The notes: generated from the letters alone by a model not told the origin. Counted from the first letter of the stretch, positions 18,907-28,504 are shown. The stretch: 64,000 bases of DNA from Gemmatimonadales bacterium (GCA_041615815.1 JBFJCP010000013.1:32001-96000), one strand, 5' to 3'. Program-made: numbers and translations.

Positions 18907-20361
18907 TTACGCCGGTACGATCCTCAACACCCGCCCATCGTCCATGAGCACATAGAGCTCGCCAAGCGCGTCCAGGCCAAAGGACACGACCCCACCCACG
19001 CCAGTGAGCCACTCGGTCTCATCCACCACCTGACCGTTCACGTATCGGAAGCTTCGGATCCACTGCTGGCACCAATCGGCATAGAAATAGTGTCCCCGAA
19101 GCGAGGGCATTGCACCGCCCCGATACGCGTACCCACCGGTCACCGAGCCTGAGCAGAACCCAGACTCGTCGTGCGCGTATTCGACTGCCGGCATGGTGAG
19201 CCCGAGCCCGGTAGGATCGCAGTTGGGTGGACTAAAACACTGCGAACCCTCGAGGATACGCCACCCGTAGTTGACGGGGGCGGCGTTTGCCGGCTGGGCG
19301 TTCACTTCTTCGATCGAGTTTTGCCCCACGTCGGCAATGAAGATCAGATCTTCCACTGGATCGAACGCAATCCGCCAGGGGTTGCGGAGGCCGTATGCCC
19401 AGACCTCGTCGGCACCTGTGGGATCGTCCACGAACGGATTGTCGGCAGGAATGGCGTAGGGATTCGCCCCATCAACATCGATCCGGAGCAACGAGCCCAG
19501 GAGCGTGCCCGGGTTCTGGCCGTGATTGGCGGCGTCCGCGCCGGTGCCGCCGTCGCCCAGGGCGACGTAGAGCATACCGTCCGGACCAAACACGAGATGT
19601 CCCCCGTTGTGCTCGTCATCGGGCTGATCCACCGCGAGGATGGTCAATGCCGAGGAGGCGTCCGCCACGTTCGGATCGCTCGACACGGTGTAGCGGACTA
19701 CCTGAGTAGCGTCATTGAGGTCCGTGTAATTGACATAGAAGAACCCGTTGGTGGCGTAGTCAGGATGAAATGCCATGGACAAAAGCCCCTGTTCGAAGCC
19801 CGCCGACACCTGCCCCGAGAGATCGAGGAACGGCGCCGCCAACAGTTGTCCGTTCTCGATGATTCGGACCTGCCCGGCCTTCTCCACGACAAACAAGCGC
19901 GTGGCATCCCCCGGGGGCGCGGTGAGGTCGATGGGCAGCCCGAATCCGTCCATGACGAGGACGAAGCCGATGGCGCCCGTCCCGACTTGTGTGACGTTGA
20001 TCGAGGCGTTTCCCGTCTGCCCCTCCACGGTCGCCGTGATCGTGGTGGATCCTGCCGCCTCGCCAGTCACGATCCCGGTGTCGTCCACAGTGGCCACATC
20101 CGTGTTGTCACTCGACCAGGCAACCGAGCGGCCCGACAAGACGTTGCCCTGGGCGTCCCGCGCCTGGGCCATGAGCTGGACGCTGCCACCCACCTGGATC
20201 GTGGGAGAGGCCGGAGAGACGGTCACCGACGCCACCGGAGCGGTACCGCCTCCACCATTGCCGTTCCCGTTGTCGGGGTCGGTGGTGGTGGTGCAGGCGG
20301 CCTGTGCGGCCAGAACGATCAGGGCAACGGTGGCGAGCCTGATAAAGGACTCCGTGCTCAT
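18907..20361 (-). CDS. PQQ-dependent sugar dehydrogenase (GSDH family) lipoprotein with Ig-like (Big_2) domain
   Basis: Lipobox QAAC; VTVSP...WSSDNTDVATVD Ig domain; EQGLLSMAFHP, HNGG, YGLRNPWR and NYGW motifs. Confidence 0.9.
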   Translation of the reverse strand: MSTESFIRLATVALIVLAAQAACTTTTDPDNGNGNGGGGTAPVASVTVSPASPTIQVGGSVQLMAQARDAQGNVLSGRSVAWSSDNTDVATVDDTGIVTGEAAGSTTITATVEGQTGNASINVTQVGTGAIGFVLVMDGFGLPIDLTAPPGDATRLFVVEKAGQVRIIENGQLLAAPFLDLSGQVSAGFEQGLLSMAFHPDYATNGFFYVNYTDLNDATQVVRYTVSSDPNVADASSALTILAVDQPDDEHNGGHLVFGPDGMLYVALGDGGTGADAANHGQNPGTLLGSLLRIDVDGANPYAIPADNPFVDDPTGADEVWAYGLRNPWRIAFDPVEDLIFIADVGQNSIEEVNAQPANAAPVNYGWRILEGSQCFSPPNCDPTGLGLTMPAVEYAHDESGFCSGSVTGGYAYRGGAMPSLRGHYFYADWCQQWIRSFRYVNGQVVDETEWLTGVGGVVSFGLDALGELYVLMDDGRVLRIVPA

Positions 20362-20428
20362 TCGGCGGTTCGTCAGTTTCGGGCGTGGAAAGTGGACGCG
20401 TACGTTGGGAAGGAATCAAGGAACGTGC

Positions 20429-20444
20429 CGTGACCGGGGTCACG
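20429..20444. promoter_or_regulatory. CRP/FNR-family-like box
   Basis: CGTGA-ccgggg-TCACG, 68 bp upstream of the GSDH gene. Confidence 0.5.
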
Positions 20445-20571
20445 ACCGGACGGAAGGCTGGCCAACTGGAAGGCTGGGCGCTGCGAAGGTCGCGCGGTTG
20501 GATCGAGGACCCGGCCAGCCGATCACCCAGGGCGTGCCCCTCGCAGCGCCGAACCACGTTAATATTGAACC

Positions 20572-20859
20572 ATGGTCCCGATGCTCTTGGCCGCCTACAT
20601 CGAGTCCCGACTGCCCGGGATCCTACCGGTGCGGGCACCCGTACCGATGGTCCAGGTCTGTGAGCGCGCCGACGACTCGCTCGCACGGCTCGCCGCCTCG
20701 TTCGAGATGGACCCCGCCCGGATGGGAGCCGACCATCCACCCTTGGGCACGTCCGGCACGGCAACGGTGACCACGGTATCCGTGGAGCCTCCGACGAGCG
20801 ACACGTCACCCGGTGGTCCCCGCGGGCATGCGTGGACCTTGTTTGCTCAGACGGCGTAG
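20572..20859 (+). CDS. small hypothetical protein (95 aa), possibly leaderless
   Basis: High GC at third codon positions; TAATAT (20560-20565) 6 nt before the ATG; no SD sequence. Confidence 0.5.
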   Translation: MVPMLLAAYIESRLPGILPVRAPVPMVQVCERADDSLARLAASFEMDPARMGADHPPLGTSGTATVTTVSVEPPTSDTSPGGPRGHAWTLFAQTA

Positions 20860-21090
20860 TCACCACTCCTCCCGGGTTCGCTCGGCGTCCGGCGCGCCGA
20901 ACAGACACGCCGGATCGCGCCCGCACATCGGCGGATCTATCCAGCCCACACTGACCCGCGTGGGTACGAGCACATATGGGCGGCGGGGCTTGGTTGAGCT
21001 CCACCACCATGCCGCTGCTGTGGACCGTCCGCCAGGTTCGACTCGGCGTGCCCGGGGCGAAGCAGGTAGAAATGCGATATTCTTCGTTCT

Positions 21091-21486
21091 ATGAACCAAC
21101 CCCCCGACGATGCATCTCCCCGAGTCTTCAGCGCGGCCGAGCTCAGCCAGCGTCTTCGCGGGGTCAAGCGCGCGCTCGAAGAGATCGAAAAGGAGCTGGC
21201 CGATACCGACGGGTGTCCGGAGGGGCTGGACGACTTCAAGGAGGCGCTCGACCACATCCGGCTCAGCGCGTGGGCCATCCTCACGGCATCCGAATCGCAT
21301 ACGTACGACTACCAAACCGTGCTGGCCCACTTTCGCATGGCGCGGGCAACCGAGGTCTGTCACAACATCATCGCGGATTTGAAGGCGGGAGCCATCGTCC
21401 CCACGGCCCCCGAATTCGAGGTGTTTCGCACCACGTTGTTGGACACTCTGGCGGCGATGGCCAAGCTCCTGCGCGAATACGAATGA
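21091..21486 (+). CDS. hypothetical helical protein
   Basis: 131 aa, host-like codon usage, amphipathic helices; TATTCT 7 nt before the ATG. Confidence 0.75.
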   Translation: MNQPPDDASPRVFSAAELSQRLRGVKRALEEIEKELADTDGCPEGLDDFKEALDHIRLSAWAILTASESHTYDYQTVLAHFRMARATEVCHNIIADLKAGAIVPTAPEFEVFRTTLLDTLAAMAKLLREYE

Positions 21487-21590
21487 CGGTCGGTGCCCGC
21501 CGATCGTCCGAGTGTCAGTAACGAACCTTCAAGCGAACTCTGTCGAGTTCTTCATACTCCGTGCTCCACCGTAAGGCTCTGAGGTGGATC

Positions 21591-23525
21591 ATGCGCAAAC
21601 CAGCCGGATCGTCCAACCTGTTTTCCCGCCCGCTGCGAGCCCTCCAAGAACTCCCTGGGTGGCGCGCCACCGACGGCGACATCACTCGAGAGGACCTCGA
21701 GGAGCTCATTGAACGCCTCGATGCGGTCCGCACCTATGCCGCCACCGCCGAGGAGCGGTTCGCCGACCAACTGGCCCACACGGCCCCGCAATTCCGTGAC
21801 AGTGCTCGGAATCTCCTCCATTACCTCTCGCTCCGGCATTACGATCTGCGGAGCATCCAGGACCGGCTCTCCGCCCTGGGCCTCTCGTCGTTGGGGCGTA
21901 CGGAGGCACACACCTTGGCCAGTCTGTACGCCGTGCGGCAGGCGCTCGAACGGGCCGGAGGCATGCACGTAACCCACGAACTCGAGCCAGAGCCCGGGGT
22001 CGCCTTTCACGAGGGTGACGCGCTGCTCGCCACCAACACGGTGGCGCTGCTGGGTGAAGCCCCGCAGGGCCGACGCGTTCGGATCATGGTCACGCTTCCA
22101 ACGGAGGCCGCGCGAAACTACGCGCTGGTTCGGGATCTCGTCGCGGCGGGCATGGATTGCGCCCGTATCAACTGCGCGCACGACGATGCCGTGGCATGGC
22201 GGGGCATGGTCGATCACATCGAGCAGGCTCGGGACGAGACCGGCCGCAGCTGCAAGATCTTCATGGATCTCGCGGGTCCCAAGCTGAGGACGGGACCGTT
22301 GGAACCCGGCCCGCAGGTCCTCAGGTGGCGACCAAAACGTGACGTGCGTGGCCGCGTAGTGGCGCCGGCCCGGATCTGGTTCGGCCCCCCCGGCGTGGCG
22401 CCACCCGCGGACGTGCGGGCCGACGCAGTCATTCCGGTTCCGCCGGAGTGGATTGCCGGCGTTCGCACGGGCGATACGATTGAATTCCTCGACGCGCGTG
22501 ATTCGCACCGCAAGGTGGATGTCGTGGCGAGCGTCAAAGCCGGATTTTGGGGCGAAGCACGAAAGACGGCGTACGTCGAGACCGGGATCGAGCTCAGGCT
22601 GAGCGGGCGCCGCGGCTCGGTGCAGACGGCGCGCGTGGGGGAGCTTCCCAACACCGAAATCCCCATTGTGCTTAGCGAAGGGGAGACCCTCGTGCTGCAC
22701 ACCGATCCAGCACCCGGCGCCCCCGCCGTCCGTGCGGCGGACGGGACCGTGCTCGCTCCGGCACACGTCGCATGCACCTACCCAGAGATCTTCAAGGAGT
22801 TGGCCCCCGGACACCCGATCGCCTTCGATGATGGCAAGATCCAGGGGGTCGTCCGCTCGGTGACGGATCGCGAGGTGCACGTGGAGATCACGCTGGCCCG
22901 ACCCAACGGGAGCCGGCTCCGAGGAGACAAGGGGATCAACTTCCCCGAGGCGACGCTCCGGGGCGTGGGCCTCACGGAGAAGGACTTGGCCGACCTCGAT
23001 TTTCTCGTGGACCACGCCGATGGCGTCGGCATGTCGTTCGTGAACGAGCCGGCAGACGTGGAGCGGCTGCAAGACGAGCTTCGGAAGCGGGGCCGCAATC
23101 AGCTCGGCATCATCCTCAAGATCGAGACCCGGAGCGGCTTCCGTCGGCTTCCCTGGCTCCTGCTGGCGGCGATGCGGACGCATCCAGTGGGGGTGATGAT
23201 CGCTCGAGGCGATCTCGCCATCGAGTGTGGGTGGGAGCGGCTGGCCGAGGCCCAGGAGGAGATCCTCTGGTTTTGCGAGGCCGCCCACGTCCCCGTGATC
23301 TGGGCTACGCAGGTTCTTGAGAATCTCGCCAAGACGGGCCTGCCATCGCGAGCGGAGATCACCGACGCGGCCATGGCCGAGCGCGCCGAATGCGTGATGC
23401 TGAACAAGGGACCCTATGTAACCAAGGCCGTCCGCGTACTCGACGATATCCTGCGACGGATGCAGGAGCACCAGGCCAAGAAGACTGCCCGGCTCAGGAA
23501 TCTGACTCTCGCGGGAGACGTCTAG
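21591..23525 (+). CDS. pyk: pyruvate kinase, long form (N-terminal extension, enlarged B domain, no C-terminal allosteric domain)
   Basis: RINCAH, DLAGPKLRTG, KGINFP, LKIET, ARGDL, IWATQVLE, RAEITD and MLNKG motifs. Confidence 0.9.
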   Translation: MRKPAGSSNLFSRPLRALQELPGWRATDGDITREDLEELIERLDAVRTYAATAEERFADQLAHTAPQFRDSARNLLHYLSLRHYDLRSIQDRLSALGLSSLGRTEAHTLASLYAVRQALERAGGMHVTHELEPEPGVAFHEGDALLATNTVALLGEAPQGRRVRIMVTLPTEAARNYALVRDLVAAGMDCARINCAHDDAVAWRGMVDHIEQARDETGRSCKIFMDLAGPKLRTGPLEPGPQVLRWRPKRDVRGRVVAPARIWFGPPGVAPPADVRADAVIPVPPEWIAGVRTGDTIEFLDARDSHRKVDVVASVKAGFWGEARKTAYVETGIELRLSGRRGSVQTARVGELPNTEIPIVLSEGETLVLHTDPAPGAPAVRAADGTVLAPAHVACTYPEIFKELAPGHPIAFDDGKIQGVVRSVTDREVHVEITLARPNGSRLRGDKGINFPEATLRGVGLTEKDLADLDFLVDHADGVGMSFVNEPADVERLQDELRKRGRNQLGIILKIETRSGFRRLPWLLLAAMRTHPVGVMIARGDLAIECGWERLAEAQEEILWFCEAAHVPVIWATQVLENLAKTGLPSRAEITDAAMAERAECVMLNKGPYVTKAVRVLDDILRRMQEHQAKKTARLRNLTLAGDV

Positions 23526-23530
23526 CGGCT

Positions 23531-24325
23531 TCAGGAGCCTCGCCAGAGCTCGACGTCACCGTTCACCGTGGACACGATGAGCATCGGTCCTCCACTTCCC
23601 AGCATCCCACGAACGTCCCGGGGTGACATCTCGGTCAGTGCGAAATCCGTGTCGATTGAGCCATTTACCGTGCTGAGACGCACCTCGGCATTGGTGGATC
23701 CTGGTATGGTCACTTTCGCGGCACCGTTCACGGTCGCGAAGATCAGATCCTCCCCCCAATCGCTGAGCCCAATCGTGGAAGTGATCGATCCGTTAACGGT
23801 GCTCCCCTCAGCAAGCCCGCTCGTGGACACCTGAACGTCACCGTTCACCGTCGTCAAATACGCATCACTGTCCACGTCTATGGCGCTCACGGTTCCGTTG
23901 ACCGTCCGGCCAACGAAGACGACACCGGCGGGCAGGCTCACGTCGAACGTCACGTTCACGTCGTTGTTCCGGACATTCATCGATCCCTCGTCTCCCGGCA
24001 GACATTGGTTGCGGGCCTGCCCGGGGACGTCCGGATACACAGCGCAAATGGTCACCCCGTCGGCATGGGGAACGACCTCGATCGCGACTCCAGCCGGATC
24101 GCTTCGCTGACCGCGCTTCGTAGCGGAGACGGAGACCGCTCCGGCGGTCGTTCCCGTGGCGCGTACGCGACCGTTGACGCCCTTGATCTCGATCCGGTCG
24201 CCGGCGGCGATCTGTCCGGTCCACTCGAACGACTGCTCAGCGGGACCCAGGACATCGTCGTTTTGACAATTGAGCGACAGGGCGGCGCAGAGCGCGGTGG
24301 GGACAAGGAGGTAGGAAAGTCTCAT
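23531..24325 (-). CDS. DUF4097 beta-strand-repeat protein (probable lipoprotein)
   Basis: Repeated TVNG motif (at least 6 copies); N-terminal hydrophobic stretch followed by Cys. Confidence 0.85.
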   Translation of the reverse strand: MRLSYLLVPTALCAALSLNCQNDDVLGPAEQSFEWTGQIAAGDRIEIKGVNGRVRATGTTAGAVSVSATKRGQRSDPAGVAIEVVPHADGVTICAVYPDVPGQARNQCLPGDEGSMNVRNNDVNVTFDVSLPAGVVFVGRTVNGTVSAIDVDSDAYLTTVNGDVQVSTSGLAEGSTVNGSITSTIGLSDWGEDLIFATVNGAAKVTIPGSTNAEVRLSTVNGSIDTDFALTEMSPRDVRGMLGSGGPMLIVSTVNGDVELWRGS

Positions 24326-24477
24326 GACGACCCCCAGCGGCGATCACTGGCGGGGAGTCGTTCGCATGTAACGGGACGATCCGTGAAACGAGCGTGAGAT
24401 CGTGATGAGGCCTTGGGACAGCATTGTGCGGTAGCCTTGCTAACCGGTAGCGACCCAGGGCACATTCGCCCGATCCC

Positions 24478-25608
24478 ATGACTCCGCATGAGCCGCTCCG
24501 TATCGGCGTGTTGGGCGCCGGCGCGTGGGCCCGCGGCGCGCACCTTCCGGGGTACCGCCGAGATCCGCGTTGCCGGGTCGTGGCCATCGCGGACCCCCAA
24601 GTCGATCTGGCCCGGGACGCCGCCCGGGAGTTCGCCATTCCCCACGTTGCCACCGGCCATCGGGAGTTGCTGCAACGAGACGACATCGATGTGGTCGACG
24701 TGTGCACCCCGAGCCACACTCACCACGACTTGGCTGTCGCGGCGTTGGAGGCAGGGAAGCATGTGCTGTGCGAGAAACCCGTGGCGTACGACTTTCGGGA
24801 CACGCAGCGCGCCAACGCGCTCGCCAGCTCCAAGGGACTGAAAACGAAAGTCGGGTTCACCTTTCGATACAGCCCAGCCATGCAATACATGAAAGCGCTG
24901 ATCGATCAGGGCTACGTGGGCACGCCTTTCATTTTCAACGGGTACGAGCAAAACTCGCAGTGGCTCGATCCCGCCGTGCCGCTCCGGCAGGTGGATCACA
25001 CCGCCGATCCGTCCGAGATTCAGGTTTCCTCGCTGGAAGGCTACGGTGCGCCGATCATCGACCTCGCCATGTGGTTCATGAATAGCACCTTTGTCGCGGT
25101 CGTCGGCACGATGCGGAACTTCGTGCCGGAACGGATAGTGCGAGCTACCGGACAAATGATGCGGATGAACATCGACGATGGCGACATCTTCCTGGGCGAG
25201 TTCAGCAACGGTGCCTTGGGGTCGATTCAAACAAGCTTCGTGACGGTGGGCAATTACCCTGGGCTCGAGGCCCGGGTGTATGGCAGCGAGGGAGCGCTGA
25301 TCTGCCGGCTCGTGGAGGAGTTTGGGGTGTGCGAGACGTTGAAAGGCGCCAAACCGGATGCTGTCGAGTTTCGTGATATCGAGATCCCCCAAGAGTTCTA
25401 CCCTCCGGAAGGGAGCCCCCGGGAGTCCTGGCGCACGCTGTTCTATGCGAACCTGATCTCTCACTTCGTGACGGAGATTCTCGAAGACAAAAACGAGAAT
25501 CAGGGAACCTTCGAGGCTGGCGCGCAGGTGCAGGAAGTCATCAACGCCGTGGAGCGATCGTTTCGAGAGCGGCGTTGGATCACACTGCCCTTGAGCAATC
25601 CACCATGA
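24478..25608 (+). CDS. Gfo/Idh/MocA family oxidoreductase
   Basis: IGVLGAG Rossmann motif, GKHVLCEKP, VGFTFRYSP. Confidence 0.93.
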   Translation: MTPHEPLRIGVLGAGAWARGAHLPGYRRDPRCRVVAIADPQVDLARDAAREFAIPHVATGHRELLQRDDIDVVDVCTPSHTHHDLAVAALEAGKHVLCEKPVAYDFRDTQRANALASSKGLKTKVGFTFRYSPAMQYMKALIDQGYVGTPFIFNGYEQNSQWLDPAVPLRQVDHTADPSEIQVSSLEGYGAPIIDLAMWFMNSTFVAVVGTMRNFVPERIVRATGQMMRMNIDDGDIFLGEFSNGALGSIQTSFVTVGNYPGLEARVYGSEGALICRLVEEFGVCETLKGAKPDAVEFRDIEIPQEFYPPEGSPRESWRTLFYANLISHFVTEILEDKNENQGTFEAGAQVQEVINAVERSFRERRWITLPLSNPP

Positions 25609-27320
25609 TCGCGCCGCGGCACCATGTCCAGCCCGCCGTCGCCGTCGCGCTCGACAAGTTCTTCGAGAGCTTTTACCGCCTCCACCCCGTGGATGCCACC
25701 TTCGTAGGCGTGCACGATCACGACACCGAGCTTCCGGACTGGACTCCCAGCGGATTGGCTCGAGCTACCGATGAAATGCGGGCCCTCGAGCGCGAGCTTG
25801 CCGCCTGCGAAGCCTCCGCCGCCCCTGGTGACGATACTATGCCTCGCGTGGACCTGGCCCTGGCTCGCTCGTACCTCCTAATCCAGCTGGCCGAACTCGA
25901 GAGCCCCAACTTTCAGCGCGGCAATCCCGCCTTGTATACCGGCGAAGCGTTGTTCGGGGTACTCGGTCTCATGCTGCGGGACTTCGCGCCGGTTCCAGTC
26001 CGTGTCGCGGCCATTGCCGACCGGCTGCTGCAGGTCCCGACGTTCCTGGCAGGGGGGATGGCGACCATTCACAAACACCCGGTCCCTCGACTCTGGTTTT
26101 CGCGTGCCATCCGCGAGTGCCGCGCCGCGGAGCGGTTGTTGTTGGACGGTTTGCCCATCTGGTGCCAAGGTCAAGCGCTCGACCAAACCCAATGGGAGCA
26201 TCTCCACGCCGCTGCCCGCGCGGCGTTGGTGGGATTCGCCACGTTTGGCGAGTGGTTGTCAGATCGGATGCCCGCCCAGCCCGGGGCCGGATCGTGTGGC
26301 GCCGACCTCTTCCAGCTTCTCATGCGCCGCGGGCATTGGGAGGAACGCCGCTTGGAGATTCTCCTGGAACGGGCTCTCCAGGAATTGGATCAGGAATCCG
26401 CACGGTTTGACGAGTTGGCGCGGCACACGGCCCCTGCAGGATGGCACGGAGTCAAGGCCACCTTGGCCGCGCGCCATCCTCCAGTGGAGCACTACGTGGA
26501 GGCGTTTCACACGCAGTGGAACGCCGCCCGCGCGTTGGTTGAAGAGCAAGGCCTCGTGACGTGGCCCAGCTACCCAATCCGGTACGTACCCATTCCAGGA
26601 TGGGCGCGCGCGGTCGCCGCCTCCACCTATTTCCTTCATTATCGTGCCCCAGCCCGCTTCGACCCCGTGGACGTTGTGGAGTATCTCGTGCCACCCGTGG
26701 ACGATGCCAAGGATCGCGCCGATCTGGACCGCCGACTGCAAGCGACCAACGACGCGGTCATCAAGCTGAACCACGTCGTGCATCATGGAGGCCTCGGTCA
26801 CCATGTGCAGAACTACTACGCGTATCGGGCGGCGTCACGAATTGGGCAAGTGGCCGCTGTGGACGGCGCGAGCCGCATCGCAATGTTCTTGGGTGGGACC
26901 ATGGCCGAGGGGTGGGCCTGCTATGCCACCGACCTCATGGAAGAGGCGGGGTTCCTCACTCCCCTCGAGCGGGTAGCGCAACAGCATCATCGCGTCAAAC
27001 AATTGACCCGCGCCGTGGTCGACATCTCCATCCATGTGGGAGCGATGACGGAAGCCGATGCCACCCGATTCCATGTGGAGCGCTCAGACATGACCCGGGA
27101 GGCAGCGCGTCTCGAGGTGACCCGCACTACGATGTTCCCCGGAACGGCCATCATGTACTGGCTGGGGACCAACGGCATTCACCGAATCCGTGCGGAGCGC
27201 TCGAGCGCTGCCGGGGGGCGCTTTTCGCTCCGGCATTTTCACGATCAGCTGCTTTCGTTTGGATCACTGCCGGTGCCTGTGATCGGTGAGTTGCTGCGAT
27301 CGGAACCGCCGGGAACCTAG
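25605..27320 (+). CDS. DUF885 family protein
   Basis: HPVDATFVGVHDHD, HHGGLGHHVQ, AEGWACY, YWLG and FHDQLLSFGSLP motifs; ATGA overlap with the upstream gene. Confidence 0.88.
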   Translation: MIAPRHHVQPAVAVALDKFFESFYRLHPVDATFVGVHDHDTELPDWTPSGLARATDEMRALERELAACEASAAPGDDTMPRVDLALARSYLLIQLAELESPNFQRGNPALYTGEALFGVLGLMLRDFAPVPVRVAAIADRLLQVPTFLAGGMATIHKHPVPRLWFSRAIRECRAAERLLLDGLPIWCQGQALDQTQWEHLHAAARAALVGFATFGEWLSDRMPAQPGAGSCGADLFQLLMRRGHWEERRLEILLERALQELDQESARFDELARHTAPAGWHGVKATLAARHPPVEHYVEAFHTQWNAARALVEEQGLVTWPSYPIRYVPIPGWARAVAASTYFLHYRAPARFDPVDVVEYLVPPVDDAKDRADLDRRLQATNDAVIKLNHVVHHGGLGHHVQNYYAYRAASRIGQVAAVDGASRIAMFLGGTMAEGWACYATDLMEEAGFLTPLERVAQQHHRVKQLTRAVVDISIHVGAMTEADATRFHVERSDMTREAARLEVTRTTMFPGTAIMYWLGTNGIHRIRAERSSAAGGRFSLRHFHDQLLSFGSLPVPVIGELLRSEPPGT

Positions 27321-27407
27321 GTATCGACCTTGGCGTTGCGCAGCGGGGCGCGTATCAATTAGTAGACCCCGATGTCCTCAGCAGACCGTCAGCCAGTCAG
27401 GAGGCCC

Positions 27408-28457
27408 ATGTCGATCCTGCTTCGACTTGCCAGAGGTCCGCGGTGGCTTGCCCTGCTGGCCGTGGGTGCAGCACCGCTGCCGGCCCAGGAAGCGCCGCCC
27501 GGCTCCATCTCCGTCGCATTCGACATCGACCGTGCCTGGGTGCCGGACTCAACGGTGTACCAACCGTTCTTTGTGGCCGACCGAGATATCCGTTCGCTCC
27601 GTGACGCGGTACGAGAGAAGCTCTTGCACGAGGGCACACGCCTCTTGGTGTTGGAGCACGAGGCGGGCACCCTCGCGCTCGTCGTGGAGCAGATGGCCTA
27701 CCATCACGCGGCGCAGGGCGAAATGGCCGGAGAACCGTGGATGGTCTCGTTCTGACCCCCCTGTAACACGGGAGTCAGTATGACTCCCCTCATCGATGGC
27801 GTCGTCCATCATTTCGAGTGGCGCGGACTGTTCGACGGTGTGTCGATCCTGATGGATCGAGAGACGAGCACCTTGTGGCACCACATCACAGGCGAGGGCA
27901 TGTACGGCCCCCTGGCCGGGACGAAGCTTCCGACGTTCAATCTCTTACATATGACGGTGGAGCAAGCACTCGAGACCTATCCCCACCTGACGGTCGCGAT
28001 TTCGGATCGGCAGATCACCGGCGAGCCGAGTGGTTGGTCGCCGTGGCTCGAGAAGATTCCGGTACTGCGGGGTCGGTTGAGAACCACGCTGACCCGGGAG
28101 GATACCCGGCGTCCCACTATGGATGTGGGCATCGGGGTATGGACAGAGAACATGAGTCGGTACTACCCCTTGGAACATCTGGCCAGGCAGCATGCGGTGA
28201 TCCACGAGTTCGACGGTCGCCCGGTATTGATCTACTATGCGCCGGGTGGCCGTGCACCCGGAGCGCTGTACGTGCAATCGAGCACGGCCTCGGTGGACGG
28301 TGCAATCATCCGACTCGGCAACGGCGACTATCTGGAAAAGGGGCTGCTGTACAACGCCGCCGGCGAACGGAAGACGATGCAGCGGCCAATGCAGCTCTTT
28401 ACGCGCTGGTACGGGTTCGCGTTGACACACCCCGAAACCGAGGTGTACGAGCCGTAA
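27408..28457 (+). CDS. DUF3179 family selenoprotein (Sec at TGA 27753-27755, UxxC motif), 349 aa
   Basis: Track ORFs 27372..27755 and 27780..28457 share one frame and join as EPWMVSF-TGA-PPCNTG, matching the family's V(T/S)YCxxCxSG motif. Downstream MDRETSTLW...GPLAG is typical of DUF3179. AGGAGG and a signal peptide support the 27408 start. Confidence 0.88.
27770..27788 (+). promoter_or_regulatory. putative bacterial SECIS element
   Basis: GGGAGTCA-GTA-TGACTCCC: perfect 8-bp stem with a G-first loop 23 nt after the UGA. Confidence 0.75.
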
Positions 28458-28504
28458 CGGCGAGCGTATCACCCCCGAGGGTTGGGATCGTGCACGCGGT
28501 CGCT

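Noticed and set aside
21035..21044. GGTTCGACTC tRNA T-loop-like motif
   Set aside because: Flanks do not form a T-stem or acceptor stem; no cloverleaf, so not tRNA-Sec or another tRNA
21552..23471. 639-aa minus-strand ORF
   Set aside because: Antisense shadow of pyruvate kinase; the same applies to other long antisense ORFs such as 19171..20433, 24322..25464 and 61364..62497
27372..27755. Two separate genes (127 aa and 225 aa) or a nonsense pseudogene
   Set aside because: Same frame, TGA at the Cys position of CxxC, SECIS-like hairpin present and both halves intact; Sec read-through explains this better
27818..28504. N-terminal 229 aa of the 757-aa ORF
   Set aside because: Off-frame overlap with the DUF3179 gene; the SBP starts at ATG 28505 with a lipoprotein signal
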